A DNA stretch of 60,519 nucleotides from a virus (Duplodnaviria > Caudoviricetes): the IMG/VR virus record IMGVR_UViG_3300043394_000652, positions 1-60,519 of that record, one strand, 5' to 3'. The notes under the pieces are model-generated. The model saw only the letters and a program-made list of their open reading frames with translations. It ran no database searches and was not told the origin of the DNA. Positions 39,044 to 49,284 of this stretch are shown one piece after another. The number at the start of each line of letters is the position of its first letter. Positions within the stretch are counted from its first letter, which is position 1. The position numbers and the translations under genes were made by a program.

Positions 39044-40876
39044 ATGGCGAACGAAGGATATATTGGAGACAATAGATGGATTCCATCAGGTGAGTCAGAA
39101 AAAGATTCACAAAAACTTGTATGGTCAACTAAAACCGTAAGCGATTTAATAGTTGCACTTGATAAAGGTTATAGACCTCAGGTGAGTATGCCCTTTTATG
39201 AGGGTAAGCAATTCTTAAAACGAGGTAATATCGTTTTTGAATATACTGATGAGGAAATCAGAGAAATTGCAAAGTGTGCAAATGACATTGTTTATTTTGC
39301 AGAAAAATACGCAGTGGTAATGACCGATAATGGTATTCAAAAGGTAAAACTTAGAGAATATCAAAAAGATTTATTAAGAGATTTTCAACATAATAGATTT
39401 AATATTGTATTGGCATCTCGACAAATGGGTAAAACTGTAACTGCATCTATTTTTAATGCATGGTACTTGACATTTAACTATGACAAAACTACTCTATTAC
39501 TTGCAAATAAGGCAGAATCAACAAAGGAAATTATCGACAAGGCGAAAGTAGTAATTGAAAACCTTCCATTTTATATGAAGCCAGGAATTATTAAGTATGA
39601 CGTTATGAACGTTCGTGCTGATAATGGTTGTCGTTTAATTGGACAATCAACTACCGCAAAATCAGGTATTGGTTTTACGATTCATAATTTATATTTGGAT
39701 GAGTTTGCCCACGTACACCCTACTATCGTGGATTCATTTTACGAAAACGTTTATCCTACACTTTCTGCATCTAAGATTTCAAGAATCAACATTACTTCTA
39801 CACCAAATGGATTTAATAAGTTTTATGAAATTTTTGCGGATGCTGAACAGGGAAAAAACGAATATAAAGCAACACGAATTGATTGGTGGCAACACCCTGA
39901 CCGAGATGATGCTTGGTATCAACGAGAGCTTGGAAATCTTGGATCTGAGGATGCATTTAATAGACAATATGGAAATGAGTTTACAAGCTCATCAAGTTTG
40001 TTATTAAGCCCAGCAACCATGAAGATAATTAGAAAGAATGCAAAGAAATTTATTCACCATGATTTAGAGGAATTTGAGAATATCCATATTCAAACTGATG
40101 GATTTTTATCATTTAGCCCAGACTTCGATATTGATAGTGCAGGTGATTCCGACAAATACTATTTATTTTCTGTAGATATTGCAGAAGGAAATGGAGGAGA
40201 CTACTCGGTTATTAATGTATTTGAGGTGGAACCAATGACCGATAAACACATTGAAACATTTGTTAGCCCAGGCGCGATGTATGATTTTTTCAGACTTAAT
40301 CAAGTTGCAACATTTAGAAGTAATGAGCATCCAATCGAAGATTTCGCAAAGGTTTTATACACCTTAGCACTCGATATTTTTAACCCAGAAAACATCAAGA
40401 TGATTATAGAGTACAATACTTATGGAAGTGTTTTATTACAATACCTTTCTACAGTGTTTCCAGGGCGTAATGAATTTGAAGATGAGATGGTACTTAGATT
40501 TAAGCATCGTCATGATTCAAAAACATTAAAGCCAGGTATTCGATTAAAATCGGATAACAAATCTGTATTTTGTCAAAACTTTAAGAAATTAATTGAAATG
40601 AATCGTGTTATTATTAATGACATTACAACAGTACAGGAAGCAAGTTTATTTGGTACTTTAAAAAATGGAAGTTATGGAGCACAAATGGGAAATGATGATA
40701 CAATTATGACATGTATCACTGCAACTGAATTTTTTACAACAAGTGATTATGCAGATTATGTTGAGGAATTACTTGACATAATTGAACCTGAAAAGCATCA
40801 ACTTATGGAAAAGGTTTTATATAAAGATTCAGATGTACAAGGAGATTTACAATACGATATTTATGATTTGTTGTAA
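39044..40876 (+). CDS. gp17: Terminase large subunit
   Basis: LREYQ, SRQMGKT, LDEFA, TSTPNG, VDIAEG, DD nuclease residues. Confidence 0.93.
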   Translation: MANEGYIGDNRWIPSGESEKDSQKLVWSTKTVSDLIVALDKGYRPQVSMPFYEGKQFLKRGNIVFEYTDEEIREIAKCANDIVYFAEKYAVVMTDNGIQKVKLREYQKDLLRDFQHNRFNIVLASRQMGKTVTASIFNAWYLTFNYDKTTLLLANKAESTKEIIDKAKVVIENLPFYMKPGIIKYDVMNVRADNGCRLIGQSTTAKSGIGFTIHNLYLDEFAHVHPTIVDSFYENVYPTLSASKISRINITSTPNGFNKFYEIFADAEQGKNEYKATRIDWWQHPDRDDAWYQRELGNLGSEDAFNRQYGNEFTSSSSLLLSPATMKIIRKNAKKFIHHDLEEFENIHIQTDGFLSFSPDFDIDSAGDSDKYYLFSVDIAEGNGGDYSVINVFEVEPMTDKHIETFVSPGAMYDFFRLNQVATFRSNEHPIEDFAKVLYTLALDIFNPENIKMIIEYNTYGSVLLQYLSTVFPGRNEFEDEMVLRFKHRHDSKTLKPGIRLKSDNKSVFCQNFKKLIEMNRVIINDITTVQEASLFGTLKNGSYGAQMGNDDTIMTCITATEFFTTSDYADYVEELLDIIEPEKHQLMEKVLYKDSDVQGDLQYDIYDLL

Positions 40877-40930
40877 ATATACACAATTAAAATAGATATA
40901 TAATAAAAGAAAAAAAATACAATTAAAATT

Positions 40931-43843
40931 ATGGCATTAAGTCCTCAATTATTGAATTTTAAGAGCTCAGGGGTTTATAGACTTGAGTTTGACAAATCTC
41001 AAACGGCAAATATTAACACCGAGACTCTTAGATTAGTGGTAGGTCACTCTAGAAAAGGACCTTACAACACACCGGTTTTAATTGATTCACAAGAAACATT
41101 TAACAATGTTTTTGGTTCAATCGATAAAAGCTTAGAGAAAAAAGGAATGTTTTTCCACAGATCTTGTTTAGAAGCTCTTTCAAGAGGTCCAATCTTGGCA
41201 TTAAACCTAGGTAAATTTACATCAGGTACTGATATTGCAAACTATCAATCATTATCAACTAATGGTTCGGTACAAGGAAATTCAGCAGTATTTGGTGATG
41301 CAGATTATGAAGATTTCTTCGATAATGATAAATTCATGACTCCATCTGATGTTAACACTTTAACAACTATCGGTAATGGTGACAATAACATTTTAAATTT
41401 TGTAAACATTAAACAAGATTCAATTACAGTTATTGTAAGACAAGCTGCGAGCGTTAAAGAATTTGATTTAACTGCAAGAGAATGGTATGGTGAAGGAAAC
41501 GTTCCAGAATACTTAAATGAATTTGACAAAATGTCAGATTTCATGGTTGATGTATTTGTATTCAAAGGAGAATTCGATTCTGCTTTAATGGCAAATGACC
41601 CAATCTATTCTGAATTCTTTACAACAGATGGTTTAATCAAAGAAAAATTAAACGAATTTGCAAACTTAAGACAAGTTAGCTTAATCGCACAATATACTGG
41701 TTCTATTTTACCAGGATTTAAAGATTTAGAAGGTAGAAACCTATATATTGAATCAATGGTTAACGCAGAAGCAAGAAGAACAGGTTTATTCTGTGCCGTT
41801 GATGAAGATGCAGTATTAGATGAAAACGGAACTAAAGTTGATTTCGTAGGACATGATGTTGATTCAACTCAAGATTATGAATTATTATCACATTTAGCTG
41901 CTCAAACAGTTGAAGTTCACCACCCGATTGAATTAACGGGTATTGAGACAATTATTGTTACAGGTGATACTTTGACTATTGAAGATATTACTGAAGCTGA
42001 AGCTTTAGTTGCAACTGAAGGAGAAGATTCTTTATTAGGAGCTACAAATGGTGAGTATGTAACTATTTCAAATGCTGCATGGGTTGAAACTACTCCTGCA
42101 ACACCTGCAGTTATACCGAATCAATCACAATTTTTTAATACAGGTACTCTTCCATTGGCAGTATCTTACGATTCATTAAACAACGAAACTACTATTATAT
42201 GGAATCAAATTTTGGCAGGTGCTAATCAACAACTTAACGTTGGTGACTGGTTAGCAGGACCATTAAATGATGGAACAGATAACGCTGAAATAATAAGTAT
42301 GACAGATGCAGGTGGTTCTGCTCCTACTACAATTATAGTAGCAGGTCCAATCCACTCACAGTACACTGGATTAGCTTCAGGACTTCCAGCTGCAGTATAT
42401 GATGGTATTTATACTCCAGCAATGCCAGCTTTAGGAACTCTTACTTTAGATTGTACTGGAAACATTAGCACATCTTACCAAGCTTTATCAGGAACTACAA
42501 ATGATTTTGAATTCTTGCATGTGACAAGCGGTAGAGTAAGTTTACATGAATTTGGAAACAACTACAATGGAGTAGTTACACCAGGATTAAATAACAGTAC
42601 AAGTTTCACAGTTACTTATTTAACTTCAGGTCTTCCAAATGGATTTGCTTTTCCAATTGTTGTTGGTAACTATGTTGATTCTGCAACTAACGCTAGATTA
42701 GCAAGAGTTAATAGAATTTCTAAGAAAATTGTAGGTAATAATACTGTATTTGAAGTATTCACTGATATTACACCAGCATACAATGATAGAATTATCAAAT
42801 CATTTGAAGCTGCTTCACCAGTTTACAAAACTTTCGTGTTGGCTAAAGCTGAAATCGGAGTTAAAAACTTAAGCGATTATTTATCAGTTCTTACAGGTGG
42901 TAATGGTTTATATGATGCATTAATCGACAAAGATATTATCGATTTTAGATATGTTGTAGATACATTTACTTCTTATGACGTAAACGGAATCAATAACAAG
43001 TCAAATCTTTCTCAATTGGCTAAAGACAGACAAAATGCTTCAGCAATCTTAAATGCACCAACAATTGAAGATTTCAAAAAATCTACAGACCCATCATTCA
43101 CAGATGAGAATGGAGTATTTAACACAGTTTACGTAACAACTGGAGGTAACCAAGATAAAAATCCAACTAAAGTGTATGCGTTACCTAGTATTAATGCAGG
43201 TGCAAACTATGCATTTTACTACGGTCCAGGATTAATTGTATCTGATAATGGTAAAGACATTATCGTACCACCTGCGGCTTACGTATCTAATAACTTTATG
43301 GACAAATATACATCTGCACTTCCATGGTCAATCGTTGCAGGTCCAAGACGTGGAGTTGTTGCTGGAACAAACGTAAAAGGAGTTGAATATTCATTTGACA
43401 AAGATGATAGAGATAACTTAGAACCATTTGGAATCAACCCAATCGTATTCCAAAGAGGTGTAGGTTTAACAATCTTAGGAAATAAAACTGCACAACAATC
43501 TATTAAATCAGCACTATCTTCAGCACATGTAAGAGAGGCATTGATTTATATCCAAGATGGTATGGCAAACATTCTTAAGGACTATGTATTTGAATTTAAT
43601 AACTCACAAACCAGATTAGAAATTAAAACATTAGCGGATGCATTCATGGAAGGTGTTAAACAAGATGGTGGTGTTTACGAGTTCAGAAACATTATGGATA
43701 CGACTAACAACACTAATGAGGTTATCGATAACAACATCGGAATCATTGACACTTATGTTGAGCCGGTTAAAGGTTTAGAAATTGTAGTTCACAGAACAAC
43801 AATTTTAAATACTGGAGAAATTCAATCTGGTAACCTAGGTTAA
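40931..43843 (+). CDS. gp18: Contractile tail sheath protein with a large insertion
   Basis: SSGVYRLEFD, KGPYNTPV, PWSIVAGPRRG, INPI, VFEFN. Confidence 0.9.
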   Translation: MALSPQLLNFKSSGVYRLEFDKSQTANINTETLRLVVGHSRKGPYNTPVLIDSQETFNNVFGSIDKSLEKKGMFFHRSCLEALSRGPILALNLGKFTSGTDIANYQSLSTNGSVQGNSAVFGDADYEDFFDNDKFMTPSDVNTLTTIGNGDNNILNFVNIKQDSITVIVRQAASVKEFDLTAREWYGEGNVPEYLNEFDKMSDFMVDVFVFKGEFDSALMANDPIYSEFFTTDGLIKEKLNEFANLRQVSLIAQYTGSILPGFKDLEGRNLYIESMVNAEARRTGLFCAVDEDAVLDENGTKVDFVGHDVDSTQDYELLSHLAAQTVEVHHPIELTGIETIIVTGDTLTIEDITEAEALVATEGEDSLLGATNGEYVTISNAAWVETTPATPAVIPNQSQFFNTGTLPLAVSYDSLNNETTIIWNQILAGANQQLNVGDWLAGPLNDGTDNAEIISMTDAGGSAPTTIIVAGPIHSQYTGLASGLPAAVYDGIYTPAMPALGTLTLDCTGNISTSYQALSGTTNDFEFLHVTSGRVSLHEFGNNYNGVVTPGLNNSTSFTVTYLTSGLPNGFAFPIVVGNYVDSATNARLARVNRISKKIVGNNTVFEVFTDITPAYNDRIIKSFEAASPVYKTFVLAKAEIGVKNLSDYLSVLTGGNGLYDALIDKDIIDFRYVVDTFTSYDVNGINNKSNLSQLAKDRQNASAILNAPTIEDFKKSTDPSFTDENGVFNTVYVTTGGNQDKNPTKVYALPSINAGANYAFYYGPGLIVSDNGKDIIVPPAAYVSNNFMDKYTSALPWSIVAGPRRGVVAGTNVKGVEYSFDKDDRDNLEPFGINPIVFQRGVGLTILGNKTAQQSIKSALSSAHVREALIYIQDGMANILKDYVFEFNNSQTRLEIKTLADAFMEGVKQDGGVYEFRNIMDTTNNTNEVIDNNIGIIDTYVEPVKGLEIVVHRTTILNTGEIQSGNLG

Positions 43844-43875
43844 TAAGATATATAAAAAAATAAAAATTAATAAAC

Positions 43876-44430
43876 ATGGCTTTACCACATTATTCACAAG
43901 ACCAAACGTCTAGAAAAGGTAGAAACTTCGAACCAGTTCAAGGTAATTTATTTGAAGTTACAATCTTACCTCCAGCTGGAGTGTCTGATGCACCTTTAAT
44001 GCTTCAACATATTAACTCAATCAGCGGATTAGATTTACATAAAGAAGTTGCGGCAGTTGAACAAAAATATAAATTTGCTACAAGATCTTTTGCAGGTATG
44101 CCTGATGGTACTGCAGTTGATGTTACTGTTAACTTTTCATTAAACTTAAATGAAGCTAATCAAGCTTATTTATATAAATCAATGAGACAATGGTATCATA
44201 AACAATACGATCCAACTACAGGTTCTATGGGACTTAAGAGAGATTATGTTGGAACTATCGTTGTTGTTCAATTCAACCGTGCCGGAGACATTTTTAGAAC
44301 TGTAACTCTTGAAGATTGTTTAATCACTTCAGGATTAGGTTTTACAAATGATTTAGGATATGATTCAGCAGATGCAGCTACTTTAGAAGTAACTTGGAGA
44401 TGCGACGCATGGAAAGAAGAATTAGCATAA
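43876..44430 (+). CDS. gp19: Tail tube protein
   Basis: Follows the sheath; NLFEV, MRQW, KRDYVGTI, LEVTWRCD. Confidence 0.8.
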   Translation: MALPHYSQDQTSRKGRNFEPVQGNLFEVTILPPAGVSDAPLMLQHINSISGLDLHKEVAAVEQKYKFATRSFAGMPDGTAVDVTVNFSLNLNEANQAYLYKSMRQWYHKQYDPTTGSMGLKRDYVGTIVVVQFNRAGDIFRTVTLEDCLITSGLGFTNDLGYDSADAATLEVTWRCDAWKEELA

Positions 44431-44442
44431 ATCTATTTCATA

Positions 44443-44480
44443 TAAAGGGAGGTAGTTGGTAAGATTATCTCCCTTTTTTT
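44443..44480 (+). terminator. Intrinsic terminator
   Basis: AAAGGGAGGTAG/TTATCTCCCTTT stem plus T-run. Confidence 0.8.
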
Positions 44481-44527
44481 ATGAAACAAAAACATAATAT
44501 AATGATAATATAATATATTAAATCTAA

Positions 44528-44743
44528 ATGGATAAATTGACGAAAAAATTACAGGTGCTTCTATCAGAGGAGGAAGTATCTTTAATTAACAGAATTATCC
44601 TTAACGAAGCAATTGAAACTGGGGAAAGACCAATTTCAATTTCTGCATTTATTAGGGAATTAATTAGACAAGAAATAGAAAACAAGGTAAAAGATGACAA
44701 GCCTTTTGAGAAAATTGACATCAGAAAACTTAAAGACAAATAA
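44528..44743 (+). CDS. Ribbon-helix-helix DNA-binding protein
   Basis: KKLQVLLSEEE...SISAFIRELIR. Confidence 0.65.
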   Translation: MDKLTKKLQVLLSEEEVSLINRIILNEAIETGERPISISAFIRELIRQEIENKVKDDKPFEKIDIRKLKDK

Positions 44744-44746
44744 TTT

Positions 44747-45700
44747 ATGAGTAACGAAAACGAAATGAATTTAGAAGACCAATACAAAAATTTGGTTGAA
44801 TCTAGTGAAGCAACTCAGGAGAATCAAGAGAACCATAATAACTTAGGTAAAGTTGATATGAACCGTTTTGCAACACAAAAAGCTGAAACAGCAGATTTTC
44901 ACTTGGGATATCACACAATTCCTACGATTTCATTACCTTCCGGCGGTATGTTTTATCCAGAAGGAACTGAAATTTCTATTAGATCTGCAAAGGTTGCAGA
45001 GGTAAGACATTTTTCAACAATCGATGAAACTAACGTATTGGATATTGATGAAAAATTAAATCAAATTGTCGAATCATGTATTAGAATCACATGTGCCACT
45101 AAAAGATTATCTTACAAGGATATTCTTGAAGAGGATAGATTCTATATTATTTTATCAATCAGAGAATTAACATTCCCTGAGCCAGAATCTTCTCTTAAAG
45201 TTGAGCATACTAGCAAAAAAGGAGAGAAGCATCAAATTGAAATTAAAAAGGATTATTTTCAATACTTTAAAATTCCAACAGAATTGGACAAATACTATGA
45301 CAATGATGAGAAAACTTTCATGGTAGAAACTAAATCTTTTGGTACAATTTCAATGCGCCCACCTTCAATCGGTGTTATGCAAAAAATCACATCTCATATT
45401 AGAGAAAAACAACAACGTGGTGAAAAGGTAGACCAATCAGTTCTACAAATTATTCCTTACTTACACCATGACTGGAGAGGATTTAATGATAAAACTCTTT
45501 TTGATTTTGAAATTGAGTTAAACGGATGGTCAAGTAAAAAATATAATTTAGTATATACGTTGGCAGAAAAGATGAAAATCGGAATCCAACCAAATATGCT
45601 AGTACAACTGGGGGACGAGGAGGAAGAGGTTCCCATTAACTTTCGTGACGGCATCAAATCTCTTTTCATTGTTCAAGATATCGCTGGAGAACTTCTTTAA
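44747..45700 (+). CDS. Baseplate hub / tail assembly chaperone, gp26-like
   Basis: LPSGGMFY, DRFYIILSIR and MRPP motifs; lies between tube and tape measure genes. Confidence 0.65.
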   Translation: MSNENEMNLEDQYKNLVESSEATQENQENHNNLGKVDMNRFATQKAETADFHLGYHTIPTISLPSGGMFYPEGTEISIRSAKVAEVRHFSTIDETNVLDIDEKLNQIVESCIRITCATKRLSYKDILEEDRFYIILSIRELTFPEPESSLKVEHTSKKGEKHQIEIKKDYFQYFKIPTELDKYYDNDEKTFMVETKSFGTISMRPPSIGVMQKITSHIREKQQRGEKVDQSVLQIIPYLHHDWRGFNDKTLFDFEIELNGWSSKKYNLVYTLAEKMKIGIQPNMLVQLGDEEEEVPINFRDGIKSLFIVQDIAGELL

Positions 45701-45920
45701 GACTAAATTTCACATTTATCTTAAATTACGTATTCAGCCAAGTGAACTTGAAAATTTGGAATATTATGAATTTCATTATTTAGTGAAAGACTTAATTGAA
45801 CATATTAAGGCAGAGAATAAACAAAATGAAGGCCAACAGGATGCAACATCAAATATGATGGGCAATATGAAAATGCCAAACCTGAAAATGCCAAACATGA
45901 AAATGCCGAATTTAAAATAA
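45645..45920 (+). CDS. gp51-like tail assembly segment (start uncertain; possible frameshift extension)
   Basis: SLENFFKTKF...PSELENL resembles gp51-type proteins; overlaps the upstream gene in the +1 frame with no ATG near its 5' end. Confidence 0.6.
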   Translation: MTASNLFSLFKISLENFFKTKFHIYLKLRIQPSELENLEYYEFHYLVKDLIEHIKAENKQNEGQQDATSNMMGNMKMPNLKMPNMKMPNLK

Positions 45921-45931
45921 TACTAAAAATT

Positions 45932-45955
45932 AAGGGTCCTGATGGACCCTTTTTT
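45932..45955 (+). terminator. Intrinsic terminator
   Basis: AAGGGTCC-TGAT-GGACCCTT plus T-run. Confidence 0.85.
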
Positions 45956-46005
45956 ATTTTAGATATATACCTATAGATATATCATAATAAAAAAATATTG
46001 TTCAC

Positions 46006-48687
46006 GTGACCAATAACTCAAAACAACTTTCAATTTTAGCTTCTCCTTTACAGAGAATTGCAGATGCTACAGAGGCATCATCTAATTTATTGACACAAAT
46101 CAATAATGTGGTTTTAAGTACAAATACTTATGCACTTGAAACTGTACAGGAACTTAGAAAGCAAACATCAATCTTATTAGATATTAAAAGCATTTTAAAA
46201 GACCAAAATAAGTCTATTGAAAGAGGTGCTGGTGCAAAGGCTGGTCCAGCTGCTGGTAAATTTACACCAATGGCAGCAGAGGATGTTAAGTTGACTGCCC
46301 TAATGATTTTAGGTGTCGCTGGTGCCATTGTTGGTGCTGCATCAATATTTTCATTAATTCCAGTTATTTCAATAGGACAATTATTTACAGCGTTGGCGGT
46401 TGCGGGTATTTTTGCCCTAATAGCACCAGTGTTTATTAGAATTTCAGACACTCTTAGCAAAAATGCAAGCATGCTGGCAGGAACTAGCAAAGGTAAAATT
46501 AATCCAGCAAATCCAAATTCATTATTTCAAATAGCGGGAGCAACAACTCTTGCAATGATGTCAATTGCAGGTTCACTTGTTTTATCGGCTGCTATATTTT
46601 CATTAATGCCAGTCGTGAATCCAGTTCAATTATTAATGGCATTGGCGGTTTCAGTTATTATGATTCCAGCTGCGTTTGCATTTTCAATGATTCTTAAGGC
46701 AACTAAAGACCTTAAAACAGAACACTTGATATTCGCTGCAATATCAATTCCATTAATGGCACTTGGTATTGTTGGTGCTGCATTGGCATTTTCATTAATG
46801 CCTGCAAATCCAGTTGCACCAGATCCAATATGGGTACTTAAATCTGCACTTGCAATTGGACTTTATTCGGTTGGTTTTTATTTTATTATGAAAGCAATTA
46901 AAGGTGCAGAACTTAGAGATGTAATATTTGGAGCAATCGCAATTCCATTAATGGCACTTGGTATTGTTGGAACTGCATTTGCATTTATGTTAATGCCTGC
47001 AAACCCTGGAGCTCCAGATCCGTTATGGGTTCTTAAATCTGCGTTTGCAATTGGACTTTATGCTATTGGATTTTATTTTATAATGAAGGCTATTAAAGGC
47101 GCTTCATTACCTGAACTTATTTATGGAAGTATTGCAATTCCATTAATGGCACTTGGTATTGTTGGAACTGCATTCATATTTCAAGCGCTATCGAGTGTTG
47201 GTGAATATATTGCACCAGATCCAATGTGGGTTCTTAAATCAGGATTTGCCCTATTAGTATTTAGTATTCCTTTCTTTTTAGTATCTAAAGCAATTAAAGG
47301 AATGGGAGTAAAGGAATTGATATTTATGACATTAGCAATTCCAATCGTCGCGTTTGGAGTTCTTGCTACTGCATGGATTTTCCAAGGACTTTCAGGTATT
47401 CAATACTTTGCACCTGAGGCACAATGGACACTTAAGGCAGGATTATCATTAGCAATATTTGGATTAAGCTTATTCTTAATTGGTAAAACCGTGGGACAAA
47501 TGTCGTATGGTGATATGTTAAAGGCACTTGTTGGTGTTGTGGTAACTGCGTTTGCCCTAATTGCAACTGCTTGGTTATTTCAACTATTACCTGGAACAAT
47601 GATAGCACCTGAATATGATTGGACATTAAAGGCATCATTAGCACTTGGTGTTATGGGAGCTGCAATCGTTGTAATGGGAATAGCGGTAATGGCACTTACA
47701 CCAGCTGGACTTTTATTAGGAGCACTTGGTATTATTATAGCAGCAGTTGTAGTTGTTGCGGTTGGATGGATTTTATCTGCACTTGCCCCTGCAATGCCAG
47801 CATTGGTAACAGTATCACAAGGATTAACTCAAGCACTTTTAACTCCAGTTAATGGAATCATCGATGTATTTGCAAGATTTAAAAATGAGATTGGTATTGA
47901 AAATATGCTTGGTCTTGCAATTGGTGTTGCAGCATTAGGAGGAGCTTGGCTTTTATTCTCGGCTGCAATTGGTGGAGCAAGTGTTGTTGGAGGAATCGGA
48001 AATGCAATTGGAGGATTATTTGAAGGTATTGGAAAACTATTTGGTGGAGACCAACCATCTCCAATTGAAATTCTTGAAAGAATTGCAGCCGTTGGTCCAA
48101 AGATTCAAACTCTTGCAGGTCCATTGATTAATGTAGGTAAAGGATTCTCTGCAATTAACGTTGCTTCAGGTGGAGTAATTAAAGCATTTAGTAAAATTAT
48201 TGAATTTAACGATGAGGTTGATGTTGATGACTTCAAGGAAAGAGCAAACTCAATTGTTAAAATCGCGAACTCATACCAGAAAATTGCAAATTCAAGTAAA
48301 GCAATGAATATTAAAGCAATTTATGCAACTACAAATATGTTTAAGGCGCTTGATGATTTGGCTAAAAATGGAGGTGCTTCAGCAATGGGAGTACTTGCTG
48401 ATAAATTAATGGAGGCAGTAAAACAATTAACAGGTACTGTAACTAACCTTGAAAAATCAGTTGAAAAACAAGGTAAGGCAACAAGTGGAATTGGTGATGC
48501 ACTTTCTGGAGCAATCGATACCGTAAAAGAAACGGTAACAGGTGTTAAGAAAAATGTTGATAAAATGAATAAAGATACTAAAGCTGCTGCAATTGATTTA
48601 CAACCATTAATTGATGCTATTGCAGATCTTGAGTCAAGATTTGATAGAGCAATTAAGATTATTGATGTAACCAATGAAATGAAGTAA
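46006..48687 (+). CDS. Probable tape measure protein with hydrophobic 65 aa repeats
   Basis: Ala/Gly/Ile/Leu-rich; ATTCCATTAATGGCACTTGGTATTGTTGG repeats at 46747, 46942 and 47137; follows the tail chaperone genes. Confidence 0.7.
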   Translation: MTNNSKQLSILASPLQRIADATEASSNLLTQINNVVLSTNTYALETVQELRKQTSILLDIKSILKDQNKSIERGAGAKAGPAAGKFTPMAAEDVKLTALMILGVAGAIVGAASIFSLIPVISIGQLFTALAVAGIFALIAPVFIRISDTLSKNASMLAGTSKGKINPANPNSLFQIAGATTLAMMSIAGSLVLSAAIFSLMPVVNPVQLLMALAVSVIMIPAAFAFSMILKATKDLKTEHLIFAAISIPLMALGIVGAALAFSLMPANPVAPDPIWVLKSALAIGLYSVGFYFIMKAIKGAELRDVIFGAIAIPLMALGIVGTAFAFMLMPANPGAPDPLWVLKSAFAIGLYAIGFYFIMKAIKGASLPELIYGSIAIPLMALGIVGTAFIFQALSSVGEYIAPDPMWVLKSGFALLVFSIPFFLVSKAIKGMGVKELIFMTLAIPIVAFGVLATAWIFQGLSGIQYFAPEAQWTLKAGLSLAIFGLSLFLIGKTVGQMSYGDMLKALVGVVVTAFALIATAWLFQLLPGTMIAPEYDWTLKASLALGVMGAAIVVMGIAVMALTPAGLLLGALGIIIAAVVVVAVGWILSALAPAMPALVTVSQGLTQALLTPVNGIIDVFARFKNEIGIENMLGLAIGVAALGGAWLLFSAAIGGASVVGGIGNAIGGLFEGIGKLFGGDQPSPIEILERIAAVGPKIQTLAGPLINVGKGFSAINVASGGVIKAFSKIIEFNDEVDVDDFKERANSIVKIANSYQKIANSSKAMNIKAIYATTNMFKALDDLAKNGGASAMGVLADKLMEAVKQLTGTVTNLEKSVEKQGKATSGIGDALSGAIDTVKETVTGVKKNVDKMNKDTKAAAIDLQPLIDAIADLESRFDRAIKIIDVTNEMK

Positions 48688-48734
48688 ACAATTTAACTTA
48701 TTCATATATAATATCTAAACTTAAATTTAAAATC

Positions 48735-48992
48735 ATGAAATACCTTTATTTTAGTGCACCGTGGTGTGGACCATGTAAAATGCTGGCTCCTAAAATGGAA
48801 CTAGTGGCCGAGGCAGACATTACTGTTGAAAAAATCCTAGTGGATGATAATGCAGAAATGACGCAGAAGTTTGGAATCAGAAATATTCCAACAGTAATAT
48901 TAATTGATGAAAACGAAAATGAAATCGAAAGATTCGTAGGAGTACATGATGTTGGATTCTATCTTGAAAAATTTGAGGAGCATGCAAACTAG
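48735..48992 (+). CDS. trx: Thioredoxin
   Basis: WCGPC active site and IPT cis-Pro motif. Confidence 0.9.
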   Translation: MKYLYFSAPWCGPCKMLAPKMELVAEADITVEKILVDDNAEMTQKFGIRNIPTVILIDENENEIERFVGVHDVGFYLEKFEEHAN

Positions 48993-49284
48993 AGAATCAA
49001 TTGTTCAAAGACTATTTAGCGAGGGACTAATAACAGCAGAAGAGGCTGTTGTTTTACTAAAGACCGAGGTTACAAAATGGCTACCAAGTCCAAATCAAAT
49101 ACAACCATGGATTGGACCAGGCCCTGGAACTGTACCATATCAGCCTTATTATCCAAATCAACCGATTCAACCAATTAATGTACCTTATTGTGATTGGCAT
49201 ACTGGGACAGGAAATCCAAATCCAGTAAGTTTTACAACAACATATACCTCCCCAGGTATTAACAAAAATTCAACAGACAAATAG
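48982..49284 (+). CDS. Hypothetical Pro-rich protein
   Basis: Likely start MQTRES at 48982, overlapping the thioredoxin end. Confidence 0.55.
   Translation: MQTRESIVQRLFSEGLITAEEAVVLLKTEVTKWLPSPNQIQPWIGPGPGTVPYQPYYPNQPIQPINVPYCDWHTGTGNPNPVSFTTTYTSPGINKNSTDK

Noticed and set aside
44483-44514. GAAACA-type middle promoter before the RHH gene
   Set aside because: Spacing to TATAAT does not fit the 16-17 nt consensus, so it was not counted.
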